Part shown: one piece after another, positions 1-7,630 of the stretch
Numbering within the stretch: the stretch's first letter is position 1
How the letters are laid out: each line of letters starts with the position of its first letter
Source: Flavobacteriales bacterium
GTDB taxonomy: Bacteria; Bacteroidota; Bacteroidia; Flavobacteriales; UBA7430
Direction of reading: 5' to 3'
NCBI GenBank assembly: GCA_965662265.1
Contig: CBFIGX010000005.1
Location: forward strand, 79,544 to 143,543
DNA length: 64,000 bases
Notes under the pieces: model-generated
What the model saw: the letters and a program-made list of their open reading frames with translations, nothing else
The model's database searches: none
Told to the model about the DNA's origin: nothing
Translations under genes and position numbers: made by a program

Positions 1-522
1 CACAACCCAAATATTTAAATACATCGTAGGATCCCATTGTATCATTTGCTTGAGGGCAAGGTTACTTCCATTATAAGTTAGTTCAGATTGAATTCTGTTT
101 ATTCCTGTTGTAGGCTCGCCATTAGGGTCTAAATCTGCCAAACGAAATTCAAATCCTACATTAGATACTAAAGGCTCAAAGCTAGGATGAACATCCGTCA
201 ACTCTGGGTTGGAAGCAGAAAAATCCTCATTCAGCTGAACTATAGATTCATGAATCTGATCATCAGAAATATTTTCTATTCCATTATCGTGGACCACATG
301 AAATACTACTGGTATAAGTATATTTTGATTCGACCTATAATTGTTTTGTTGCCTAAATGATCGTGTAAAATTTTCTAAGTAATCGTGTCTATTATTTAGA
401 TGAGGTGCTAGCTCTGGATGTTCCTTGTAGAGCTGCTCTCTTTGCTTTTCATGAGAACACGAGTTTTGAGCATAGGACTGTAATGCAGAAAGAAAACTGA
501 GTATTACAACTAATTTTTTCAT
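1..522 (-). CDS. Secreted zinc metalloprotease, M43 (pappalysin/cytophagalysin-like) family; N-terminal 174 aa only, gene runs off the left edge
   Basis: Absent from the ORF track because it is truncated. My minus-strand translation from ATG at 522 reads MKKLVVILSFLSALQSYAQNSCSHEKQ...NILIPVVFHVVHDNGIENISDDQIHESIVQLNEDFSASN... This gives a signal peptide plus the N-terminal block I associate with M43 peptidases. The HExxH site would lie outside the window. Confidence 0.5.
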   Translation of the reverse strand, partial: MKKLVVILSFLSALQSYAQNSCSHEKQREQLYKEHPELAPHLNNRHDYLENFTRSFRQQNNYRSNQNILIPVVFHVVHDNGIENISDDQIHESIVQLNEDFSASNPELTDVHPSFEPLVSNVGFEFRLADLDPNGEPTTGINRIQSELTYNGSNLALKQMIQWDPTMYLNIWVV

Positions 523-640
523 GAAGGGAGGGCTTGTTAAAAGGTCACAGCTTGATAACCGTTATAAATTTAAAACAAATTTATGACCTTAAGCACTTTG
601 GGAAATAAAATATGTAAAATCAATACAATTCCGGCAATAA

Positions 641-1084
641 CTAGTAAGTGCTCATCCAGGTTTGAACACCTTTATTTTTGAGGGATTTCATGGTTTGAAT
701 GGCGTTTTCTTTTTCATAAAAACTTTCGAAAGCAACAAAATATAAGCCTCTGTCTTTTTCTTGATACATGGAGGAATTATAGCCTTTACTCTTTAGGCTT
801 TCCTTTAAATTGGTGGCATTATCTTCATTGGAAAAACACCCTGCTATTAAATGAAAAGTTTTCTTTTTAACTTTTTTAGAAGCAAGAATTTCTGCCACAG
901 AGCGAGTAGACTTTTTAACAGGTTCCTCTTTTACCACTTGAGAAGGATTAAATGTTAAGTGCATTAATTTTGCCTGAAATCCTAGCTCTTGGAGTGCCAT
1001 TGAACTCTGACCAGATGTAGATTGAGCAAGTAAAACTGAAGGAATAAACACAAACATCCAAAAAAGAGCGTTCATTATTTTCAT
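641..1084 (-). CDS. SPOR domain-containing (peptidoglycan-binding) secreted protein
   Basis: Has an N-terminal signal peptide (MKIMNALFWMFVFIPSVLLAQS). The C-terminal ~75 aa, FHLIAGCFSNEDNATNLKESLKSKGY...GLYFVAFESFYEKENAIQTMKSLKNKG, fits the SPOR beta-alpha-beta-beta repeat pattern. Confidence 0.55.
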   Translation of the reverse strand: MKIMNALFWMFVFIPSVLLAQSTSGQSSMALQELGFQAKLMHLTFNPSQVVKEEPVKKSTRSVAEILASKKVKKKTFHLIAGCFSNEDNATNLKESLKSKGYNSSMYQEKDRGLYFVAFESFYEKENAIQTMKSLKNKGVQTWMSTY

Positions 1085-1197
1085 CGCAATGGGGGGATTA
1101 AATTTTATACTAACTTATAAATTAAGTCTATAGAATATAGATTTACCCCTAAATACTTATTAACGAAATAGTGTTGAAATTTTCGATTTAAAATAGT

Positions 1198-1450
1198 TCA
1201 AGCCAAAGGGAGAAAGAAAATAAAGCATTTCCCTATTTCCCAAATGGTTCTATCCTACTCAATGCGCAGCATTGACACAGACGACCTTCAAGGGTTTTGA
1301 AGAAAATAAAAGCAGACACTTAGTGAAAATGGCGCTTTGAGAGCAGCAAAAGCCGACATTTGAAATTAGTGTATGTAAATAGTTGATGATAAAAGCCTTG
1401 TGAATCTTGACCTTTGCTTCCTTTGGGTCAAGCCAAAGGAAGAAAAAAGT
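1198..1450. repeat. Pair of ~22-bp direct repeats (TCAAGCCAAAGGnAGAAAnAA) about 230 bp apart; the second overlaps a 10-bp-stem hairpin
   Basis: Copy one is tcaagccaaagggagaaagaaaa at 1198. Copy two is tcaagccaaaggaagaaaaaag at 1428. The hairpin cttcctttgg-gtcaag-ccaaaggaag lies around 1418-1443. Confidence 0.5.
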
Positions 1451-1491
1451 ACCCTTTTTGAGTTCTGTTATTGGGCAAAAAAAAATGGAAA

Positions 1492-1716
1492 CTAGGGAAG
1501 TAAGTCCCTCAGCTCCACTAAATTTTTAGCCTTACCAACAATCAACATTTGGGCATCTAGCACATAAAAAGTAGGAGAGGCATACACGGCATAATCTTCT
1601 ACCATAGGGTTATCCCATTTTTCGGCAGCTCTAAGATGAATAAAATGGGAATATTTAGCGGCCTCAAGTTCCCAAGGGGCGAGAGATTCGTCTAAGCCAA
1701 CAAAACCTCCCTCTCT
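1492..1716 (-). pseudogene. Remnant of the C-terminal part of a thioredoxin-fold (TlpA/ResA-like) protein
   Basis: My minus-strand translation is REGGFVGLDESLAPWELEAAKYSHFIHLRAAEKWDNPMVEDYAVYASPTFYVLDAQMLIVGKAKNLVELRDLLP*. It is bounded upstream by an in-frame stop (1717-1719) and has no plausible start. The 'YxVxxxPTxYxLD' tail is typical of TlpA-like thiol-disulfide oxidoreductases. Confidence 0.35.
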
Positions 1717-2150
1717 TTAGTCGTCATAACAGTTTCAATTTAGAAATAACTTCCCCCCGGCAGTATTTCCGAAGCAAACCTGTTATATTGACGATTATGT
1801 ATAATCTATAATTCATCAATCGATGATGAATTGTATTTATTAATTCTGATAGTAAATTTAGTAGAGAAACAAATTCGAATTGCTATTGGCTTGTTATTTT
1901 AGATGTCGCATCACCTATTATATTTTTCTAGTAGTTTTATGCTACATAAACAGTAACATAAATTATGTGTAGGTACATATATATGCATAAATAATTAATA
2001 TTAAATACAAACATTCATAGGCATTTGACAGCAAAAATGGGTAAGTAAAAGGTGCTAAAAAGTCATTTTTATCGTGAAGACAACAAAAAATAATTGCGAA
2101 AGAGGATGATTGCTTTTGATCGTAAGAAGAAAAAATATTGAGTAATAGGC

Positions 2151-2612
2151 TTATAATCGTGAAGCCAAACGAATTTTGTCAAGTATATTATTCAAAAGCA
2201 CTTGTTCTTCGACGCTCAAGTTAATGACGTCTCTATTGAAGTCATCAACTAAAGCGTCGATATTCCGGAGCAATTCCTTCCCTTGTTTAGAAATACGAAT
2301 TAGCATTTGTCGTTTGTCTACAACATCTTGCTCCATAAGTACAAGCCCTCTTTTATTTAAGATAGCTAAGGTTCTGCTAGTATTAGGAGACTTGGATAAC
2401 ATTCGTGATTTGATATCATTTACCAGAATAGCCAAGCCATTTTGGCCTCTTAATATTCTAAGAATATTGTATTGTGGTTGTGTTAAATTATATGGTCGCA
2501 TCAGCTCAATAAACTTCGTGTTTAAAAAGGAGGAAGTAAATAAAATGTTTACAAACGACTTCTCACTTAAGGTTCTAAAACCGCGAGACTGGATTTCTTC
2601 TTCTATACTCAT
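2151..2612 (-). CDS. MarR-family transcriptional regulator (153 aa from the internal ATG)
   Basis: MSIEEEIQSRGF...MRPYNLTQPQYNILRILRGQNG..ILVNDIKSRMLSKSPNTSRTLAILNKRGLVLMEQDVVDKRQMLIRISKQGKELL matches the MarR winged-helix pattern. The 27 codons upstream in the track ORF are AT-rich promoter-like DNA. Confidence 0.8.
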   Translation of the reverse strand: MSIEEEIQSRGFRTLSEKSFVNILFTSSFLNTKFIELMRPYNLTQPQYNILRILRGQNGLAILVNDIKSRMLSKSPNTSRTLAILNKRGLVLMEQDVVDKRQMLIRISKQGKELLRNIDALVDDFNRDVINLSVEEQVLLNNILDKIRLASRL

Positions 2613-2681
2613 ACAACTAGGGATATAACAATTGACTATTACAATATTAATTATTATTTCTAAATATCTAGAAAAATTTAG

Positions 2682-2693
2682 TTGTATATACAA
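2682..2693. promoter_or_regulatory. Perfect 12-bp palindrome TTGTATATACAA in the MarR / pterin-operon divergent region
   Basis: Read directly at 2682-2693, 70 nt upstream of the MarR ATG. It is built from the same half-sites as the larger TTGTATA...TATACAA elements. Confidence 0.4.
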
Positions 2694-2863
2694 GTATATA
2701 TATAAATACTACCGTGAGGCTTGATATATCTACATTTAAAGATAGGTGCGTTATTTATAATTATTAAAACAAGTATTTTAAAACTACAGAAATCACTAAA
2801 AAAAGTCATAATAATCTATATGTTGAGATGTTCATTCAAGTCTATAATTTGGTATCAAGATAA

Positions 2864-2900
2864 TTTTGTATAACTTTGCTTTATTATAAATTATACAAAA
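2864..2900 (+). promoter_or_regulatory. Copy 3 of the inverted-repeat element TTTTGTATAA-N-TATACAAA (19-bp spacer between TTGTATA and TATACAA)
   Basis: Sequence is ttttgtataactttgctttattataaattatacaaaa. It ends 11 nt before the PTPS ATG at 2909. Confidence 0.45.
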
Positions 2901-2908
2901 ACAATCAC

Positions 2909-3325
2909 ATGAAAGAGGTCTATGTAATAAGACGCGAACGATTCAATTCTGCCCACCGATTATTTAATCCGGCTTGGGATGATGCTAAAAATGAAGCTGT
3001 TTTCGGCAAATGCGCCAACAAAAATTGGCACGGACACAACTACGAGTTGTTTGTTACCGTCAAAGGTCCTATTGACGAAGACACTGGTTATGTGATTGAT
3101 ATGAAAGTATTGAGTGACATAATCAAAACTAAGATTAGCAACAAGATGGATCACAAAAACTTAAATCTTGAAGTGGACTTTTTAAAAGATAAGATTCCAA
3201 CAGCAGAGCATATTGCCGTGGCTATTTACGAAGAGTTAGATGAAGCACTCAAGGCCATCAATAAAACCCTGCACGGTGTAAAATTATACGAAACAGAAAA
3301 CAATTATGTAGAATATTATGGATAA
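2909..3325 (+). CDS. 6-pyruvoyl-tetrahydropterin synthase (eukaryote-like PTPS type rather than QueD)
   Basis: MKEVYVIRRERFNSAHRL...FGKCANKNWHGHNYELFVTVKGPIDEDTGYVIDMKVL...DHKNLNLEV...KLYETENNYVEYYG. The Cys-x5-HGH spacing and overall similarity resemble animal PTPS. E. coli QueD has Cys-x3-HGH. The ATG at 2909 is preferred over the TTG at 2876. Confidence 0.85.
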   Translation: MKEVYVIRRERFNSAHRLFNPAWDDAKNEAVFGKCANKNWHGHNYELFVTVKGPIDEDTGYVIDMKVLSDIIKTKISNKMDHKNLNLEVDFLKDKIPTAEHIAVAIYEELDEALKAINKTLHGVKLYETENNYVEYYG

Positions 3326-4013
3326 AATATCACCTAAAAATGCACACGTTATAAGTCTTAACCCAGAACTTAAAAATTTAGGTTATGCAGACGGCCAGCA
3401 CATTAATGGGCCACTAAGCTCAGAAGATAAAACCAAAATGATAGAGCGAGCTGCATTGAAGTTTGGAGAATTCTTACATGAACTAGGCTGTGACTGGAAA
3501 AACGACCCTAACTCTAAAGATACACCAACAAGAGTAGCTAAGGCTTACGTTAATGATTTGTGGGCGGGGCGGTATGATAGTTTTCCTAAAATTACCACTT
3601 TTCCTAATGAAGAATACGACGGAATTATTTTTGAAGGCAACATCCCCATTGTTTCAATGTGTTCGCACCACCACCAAACAATTACTGGTAAAGCACACAT
3701 TGCTTACATTCCAAAAATAAATTCCAAAATTATTGGTTTGAGTAAACTCAATAGAATTGTAGAGCACTACGCCAGAAGAGGTGCAATACAAGAAAATTTA
3801 ACCGTTCGTATTCACGATTCAATCCATAGGATTATTGAAGATAATCGGGGTGTTGCAGTGATGATTGAAGCTGGCCATAATTGTGTTCAATGTAGAGGGG
3901 TGAAGCACTTTGGAACCAACATGAAGACCTCAAAGTTATCTGGAGAATTTATGGGAAAAGACAAAACTCGCCATGAGTTTTATGAGTTTATCAAGCAGTC
4001 TATTCAGCATTAA
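3318..4013 (+). CDS. folE: GTP cyclohydrolase I (FolE)
   Basis: Contains ...PIVSMCSHHHQTITGKAHIAYIP..KIIGLSKLNRIVEHYARRGAIQENLT... It overlaps the PTPS stop by 8 nt. Confidence 0.92.
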   Translation: MDKISPKNAHVISLNPELKNLGYADGQHINGPLSSEDKTKMIERAALKFGEFLHELGCDWKNDPNSKDTPTRVAKAYVNDLWAGRYDSFPKITTFPNEEYDGIIFEGNIPIVSMCSHHHQTITGKAHIAYIPKINSKIIGLSKLNRIVEHYARRGAIQENLTVRIHDSIHRIIEDNRGVAVMIEAGHNCVQCRGVKHFGTNMKTSKLSGEFMGKDKTRHEFYEFIKQSIQH

Positions 4014-4034
4014 TAAACATTTGACAAATTCGGT

Positions 4035-4457
4035 ATGCTCCTTAAAAAAAGTTTAGATAGAAAAGAAAAAGAAAAGGTCATTAGAGAAATCTGTGGCTCA
4101 TCTTTTTCAATCATCCACAAATTTAAACAGCAATTGTTTGGCTCTCCGCGATATCGGCTCATCCAGCTGCACCCAGACGAAAAAAATGTGATGGAGTCTA
4201 ACGATGTCATATACTGTAACTTTGAGCTCAAAGAAAAGGGTATTGCCTTATACTTTAGATTTATGCAAGATGAATATGCACTTGTTGCACGATATAATCA
4301 AACCACCTTTCAAACAAATCAAAATCAGCTTGATCTTCAACTAGGTAATTATATTGTACAACTAGATATACTATCCCCGAAATCTCATCAAACTTTTGTA
4401 CAAAAGCTCATTAGCTCCAAGTCTGTTTATCTGGAAAGCACCCAAATACCTCTATAA
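4035..4457 (+). CDS. Hypothetical protein (140 aa)
   Basis: Called only from the ORF and its same-strand, tightly spaced context. I recognise no family motif. Confidence 0.4.
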   Translation: MLLKKSLDRKEKEKVIREICGSSFSIIHKFKQQLFGSPRYRLIQLHPDEKNVMESNDVIYCNFELKEKGIALYFRFMQDEYALVARYNQTTFQTNQNQLDLQLGNYIVQLDILSPKSHQTFVQKLISSKSVYLESTQIPL

Positions 4458-4469
4458 GTCTAATCATTA

Positions 4470-5618
4470 ATGCCAATTATTGTGAAAATTCTTGTTATTT
4501 CATTGAGTGCATTAGCTGTCGCCTACTTTACATTTCAATTTAATGGTATAGAAACCCCAAGTTATAGGGTCCTAAAAATAATAGACGATATTGAAATTAG
4601 GTCATACGACAAAATGATCTATGCCTCTTACACACCTAAAGGACAAAACAACAATTCATCCTTTAGAACTGTAGCTGATTTTATTTTTGGTAGCAATAAT
4701 AAGAATGAAAAAATTGCCATGACTGCGCCAGTAGTTATAAAGCCACACAATTCTTATGAAATGGCATTTATCATGCCGAAAAGCTTTACCTTGTCTAACC
4801 TTCCTAAGCCTAATAATGAAGCTGTAAAAGTGTATGAAGTACCAGCTACTACTAAAGCTGTGATTGGCTACTCTGGCTACACCAATAATAACAAAGAAAA
4901 AAAATACATTAGCCAACTTAAAAACAGACTCGAAAAAAACAATATTAAGCATTTAAACGATTTTGAGGTACAAGTGTACGACCCACCCTATAAACCTATT
5001 GGACGTAAAAATGAAATCACTGTAAGCCTTGTGATGGATACAATTTCTAATTTAAATAACATGGCAAATAAAGAAAAAAATAAGGCTCCTAACACCAACA
5101 CCATTCACCTAGGAGGTGGTTGCTTTTGGTGTATAGAGGCCGTATATGAAAATATAAAAGGAGTAGTTCAAGTTGTCTCAGGCTACTCTGGTGGAGATAA
5201 AGAAACCGCAAATTATAAAGACGTTTGTACAGGTAAAACAAAGCATGCCGAAGTATGTAAAATTACATATAATGTTGATGAGGTTTCTCTGGAAACCCTA
5301 CTTAATTTATTTTTCACATTTCATGACCCTACAACCAAAAATAGACAGGGAAATGATATAGGCCCTCATTACAGGTCTGTAATTTTTTATAAAAACGATG
5401 CAGAACAAACTACTGCTCAAAAAGTAATTGATGCCATGAACTCTGAGGTTTACGACAACAAGATAGTGACAGAATTATCGCCATTACAACATTTCTATGA
5501 GGCTGAAAATTACCATCAAGATTATTTTGCTAATAATAAATCACAATCTTATTGCCAGATAGTTATTGCCCCTAAAGTTGCCAAACTTAGAGCAAAATAT
5601 AGTGTCTTCAGCAAATAA
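4470..5618 (+). CDS. msrA: Fusion protein: N-terminal membrane anchor/signal + SOUL heme-binding-like domain + peptide-methionine (S)-S-oxide reductase MsrA
   Basis: The N-terminal half is ...ETPSYRVLKIIDDIEIRSYDKMIYASYT...FRTVADFIFGSNNKNEKIAMTAPVV..., which is SOUL/HEBP-like. The C-terminal half is IHLGGGCFWCIEAVYENIKGVVQVVSGYSGG...HAEVCKITYN...FHDPTTKNRQGNDIGPHYRS, the MsrA GCFWC motif. No stop separates them. Confidence 0.8.
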   Translation: MPIIVKILVISLSALAVAYFTFQFNGIETPSYRVLKIIDDIEIRSYDKMIYASYTPKGQNNNSSFRTVADFIFGSNNKNEKIAMTAPVVIKPHNSYEMAFIMPKSFTLSNLPKPNNEAVKVYEVPATTKAVIGYSGYTNNNKEKKYISQLKNRLEKNNIKHLNDFEVQVYDPPYKPIGRKNEITVSLVMDTISNLNNMANKEKNKAPNTNTIHLGGGCFWCIEAVYENIKGVVQVVSGYSGGDKETANYKDVCTGKTKHAEVCKITYNVDEVSLETLLNLFFTFHDPTTKNRQGNDIGPHYRSVIFYKNDAEQTTAQKVIDAMNSEVYDNKIVTELSPLQHFYEAENYHQDYFANNKSQSYCQIVIAPKVAKLRAKYSVFSK

Positions 5619-5682
5619 TTTGACATATAAATTATGTACTATGAGGTCTTTTATATTTGGCTAAATTGATTAATTTAGACCA

Positions 5683-7428
5683 ATGACTAGTCCCAAGGAA
5701 ACTTATGAGAGCAACGCCTTAATACAGCGCTTGCCAAAACATCTAAAGCAGTTTATTAAACCGCAGCACTATGAGCAATATACTTGCATAGATCAGGCTG
5801 TTTGGCGATATGTGATGCGAAGAAATGTACACTACTTGCCACAGGTAGCGCACGAATCTTACCTAGAAGGTTTAAAAAAAACGGCAGTAGAAATAGATTC
5901 GATACCAAGCATGTACGGTATGAATCGTATACTAAAAGAAATAGGCTGGGCTGCTGTAGCTGTTGATGGATTTATCCCACCAAATGCTTTTATGGAATTT
6001 CAAGCCTACAAAGTACTCGTTATTGCATCAGACATAAGACAACTTAAACATATTGAATATACACCTGCTCCAGACATATTGCATGAAGCAGCTGGACATG
6101 CTCCAATAATAGCAAATCCAGACTATGCGGAATACCTACGTCGTTTGGGAGCTATAGGCGCCAAAGCCATACTATCCAAACATGATATAGAAGTATACGA
6201 AGCCGTTCGTAAGTTATCTTTTCTTAAAGAAGCAAAAAATAGTTCTGTTGAAGCGCTAGAAAAAGCAGCCGATAAGGTGGAAAAACTTCAAAATAAAAAG
6301 GTGGCCTTGTCTGAAATGGCCCAGGTGCAAAACTTACAGTGGTGGACTGTAGAATATGGCTTAATAGGAGAAATGGATTCTCCAAAGATTTATGGAGCTG
6401 GTCTGCTTTCTTCTATTGGCGAAAGCAAGTCTTGCTTAGAAAATCATGTTAACAAAATCCCCTACTCTGCCGATGCCTCACAACAGACTTTTGACATCAC
6501 AAAACCTCAGCCTCAGCTGTATGTGGCAAATGATTTTTCAAAACTCATGGAGGTATTGGAACAATTTGCCAATACTCTCAGCTTAAGAAAAGGAGGAACT
6601 TCAGGTCTTCATAGACTTATCGATTCCGCTTGTGTTGGAACTATCGAAATTAATACTGGACTTCAAATTTCTGGTATATTTTCAGAAATGATATGCAATG
6701 AAGATAACCAAGTAGTTTATTATATGACAAAAGGTCCCACCGCACTTTCTTACCGAGAAAAGGAACTTATTGGTCATGGTGTAACTTATCATAAACATGG
6801 CTTTAGCTCGCCACTGGGTAAACTGAAAAACATTAATTTGGCAATAGAAGATATGGGGCCATACGATTTAAAAGCATATAATTTTTACGATAACAAATGG
6901 CTTTCCTTTGAGTTTGAAAGTGGCGTTAAAGTTGAAGGACTTAATATTACTGGTATTAGAAATTTACAAGGTAAGCTGATGCTTATTCAATTAAAATCCT
7001 GTACGGTAACTTATAAAAATCGTGTATTATTTAAACCCGAATACGGCACTTACGACATGGCTATTGGGTGTGATATCGTTTCTGCTTTTGCTGGTAGTGC
7101 AGACCCAGATTCATTCCCTAATTTGTATCAAGCTTCTACTCTCTCTAGTAATAAAGAAATTTCAAACCGTTTGGATAAAGAGTTAGAAAATTTGTATCAA
7201 AAAATAAGAAACGCTAGAACAGGACAAGAAATCAACACAAATGAACTAACTATTCTTTGGACAACTATTCAAAATAAATATCCACACGAATGGCTACTTA
7301 TGCTGGAGCTCATTGAAGTTTCTGATAATGCCTTACTCAATAAAAGTATTGCATCTGAACTTAACAACATAGCTAATAATCAACCTCACTTAAAATCACT
7401 TATTAAAGACGGATTAGAATTACTCTAA
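5683..7428 (+). CDS. phhA: Aromatic amino acid (phenylalanine-4-) hydroxylase, long Bacteroidota form with ~280-aa C-terminal extension
   Basis: LHEAAGHAPIIANPDYAEYLRRLG and WWTVEYGLIGE...KIYGAGLLSSIGE match the HExxGH and E iron-ligand blocks of biopterin-dependent hydroxylases. Confidence 0.8.
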   Translation: MTSPKETYESNALIQRLPKHLKQFIKPQHYEQYTCIDQAVWRYVMRRNVHYLPQVAHESYLEGLKKTAVEIDSIPSMYGMNRILKEIGWAAVAVDGFIPPNAFMEFQAYKVLVIASDIRQLKHIEYTPAPDILHEAAGHAPIIANPDYAEYLRRLGAIGAKAILSKHDIEVYEAVRKLSFLKEAKNSSVEALEKAADKVEKLQNKKVALSEMAQVQNLQWWTVEYGLIGEMDSPKIYGAGLLSSIGESKSCLENHVNKIPYSADASQQTFDITKPQPQLYVANDFSKLMEVLEQFANTLSLRKGGTSGLHRLIDSACVGTIEINTGLQISGIFSEMICNEDNQVVYYMTKGPTALSYREKELIGHGVTYHKHGFSSPLGKLKNINLAIEDMGPYDLKAYNFYDNKWLSFEFESGVKVEGLNITGIRNLQGKLMLIQLKSCTVTYKNRVLFKPEYGTYDMAIGCDIVSAFAGSADPDSFPNLYQASTLSSNKEISNRLDKELENLYQKIRNARTGQEINTNELTILWTTIQNKYPHEWLLMLELIEVSDNALLNKSIASELNNIANNQPHLKSLIKDGLELL

Positions 7429-7511
7429 TTAAAAAAGTCTTAAAGCTTCTCTTTTTGAATATTAACATTCGTTAATTCCAGATTAACACCTGTATTTCAG
7501 ATCTTTATATA

Positions 7512-7547
7512 TTTTGTATAATATATTTTATAAATTTCTATACAAAA
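7512..7547 (+). promoter_or_regulatory. Copy 1 of the inverted-repeat element TTTTGTATAA-N-TATACAAA (18-bp spacer), upstream of the photolyase operon
   Basis: Sequence is ttttgtataatatattttataaatttctatacaaaa. It contains TTTG and TAAATTTC, close to the Bacteroidota -33 TTTG and -7 TAnnTTTG promoter boxes. It lies 86 nt upstream of the ATG at 7631. Confidence 0.5.
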
Positions 7548-7630
7548 ATTATTTTCTATGCTTAGAATCTCGTAATTTTAAGGGTGTTGAAAATGAAAAA
7601 GTGTGTTAAGAAACAGGTTACACCTCATTT

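Noticed and set aside
1817-1839. A 9-bp-stem hairpin, aattcatca-atcga-tgatgaatt, in the gene-poor region.
   Set aside because: It has no flanking T-run or associated gene end. An isolated AT-rich palindrome of this size is unremarkable in this composition.
2176-2628. Long antisense ORFs in the track opposite well-supported genes. Examples are 2176-2628 (+) opposite MarR, 18296-18679 (+) opposite mnmE, 50306-50647 (+) opposite mlaE, 52259-52816 (-) opposite DUF389, 60314-60766 (-) opposite the adaptor, and 15016-15201 (-) opposite the small + strand ORF.
   Set aside because: Their translations are low-complexity and rich in Ser, Leu and Ile, with no recognisable motifs. The opposite strand encodes proteins with clear family signatures. 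They are typical shadow ORFs of AT-rich genomes.
2909-3325. Annotating the PTPS-family gene as QueD (queuosine biosynthesis), as automated pipelines often do.
   Set aside because: The active-site spacing is Cys-x5-HGH (CANKNWHGH), with strong end-to-end resemblance to animal PTPS. The gene is coupled to folE and lies upstream of a pterin-dependent hydroxylase. No queC/queE is nearby.
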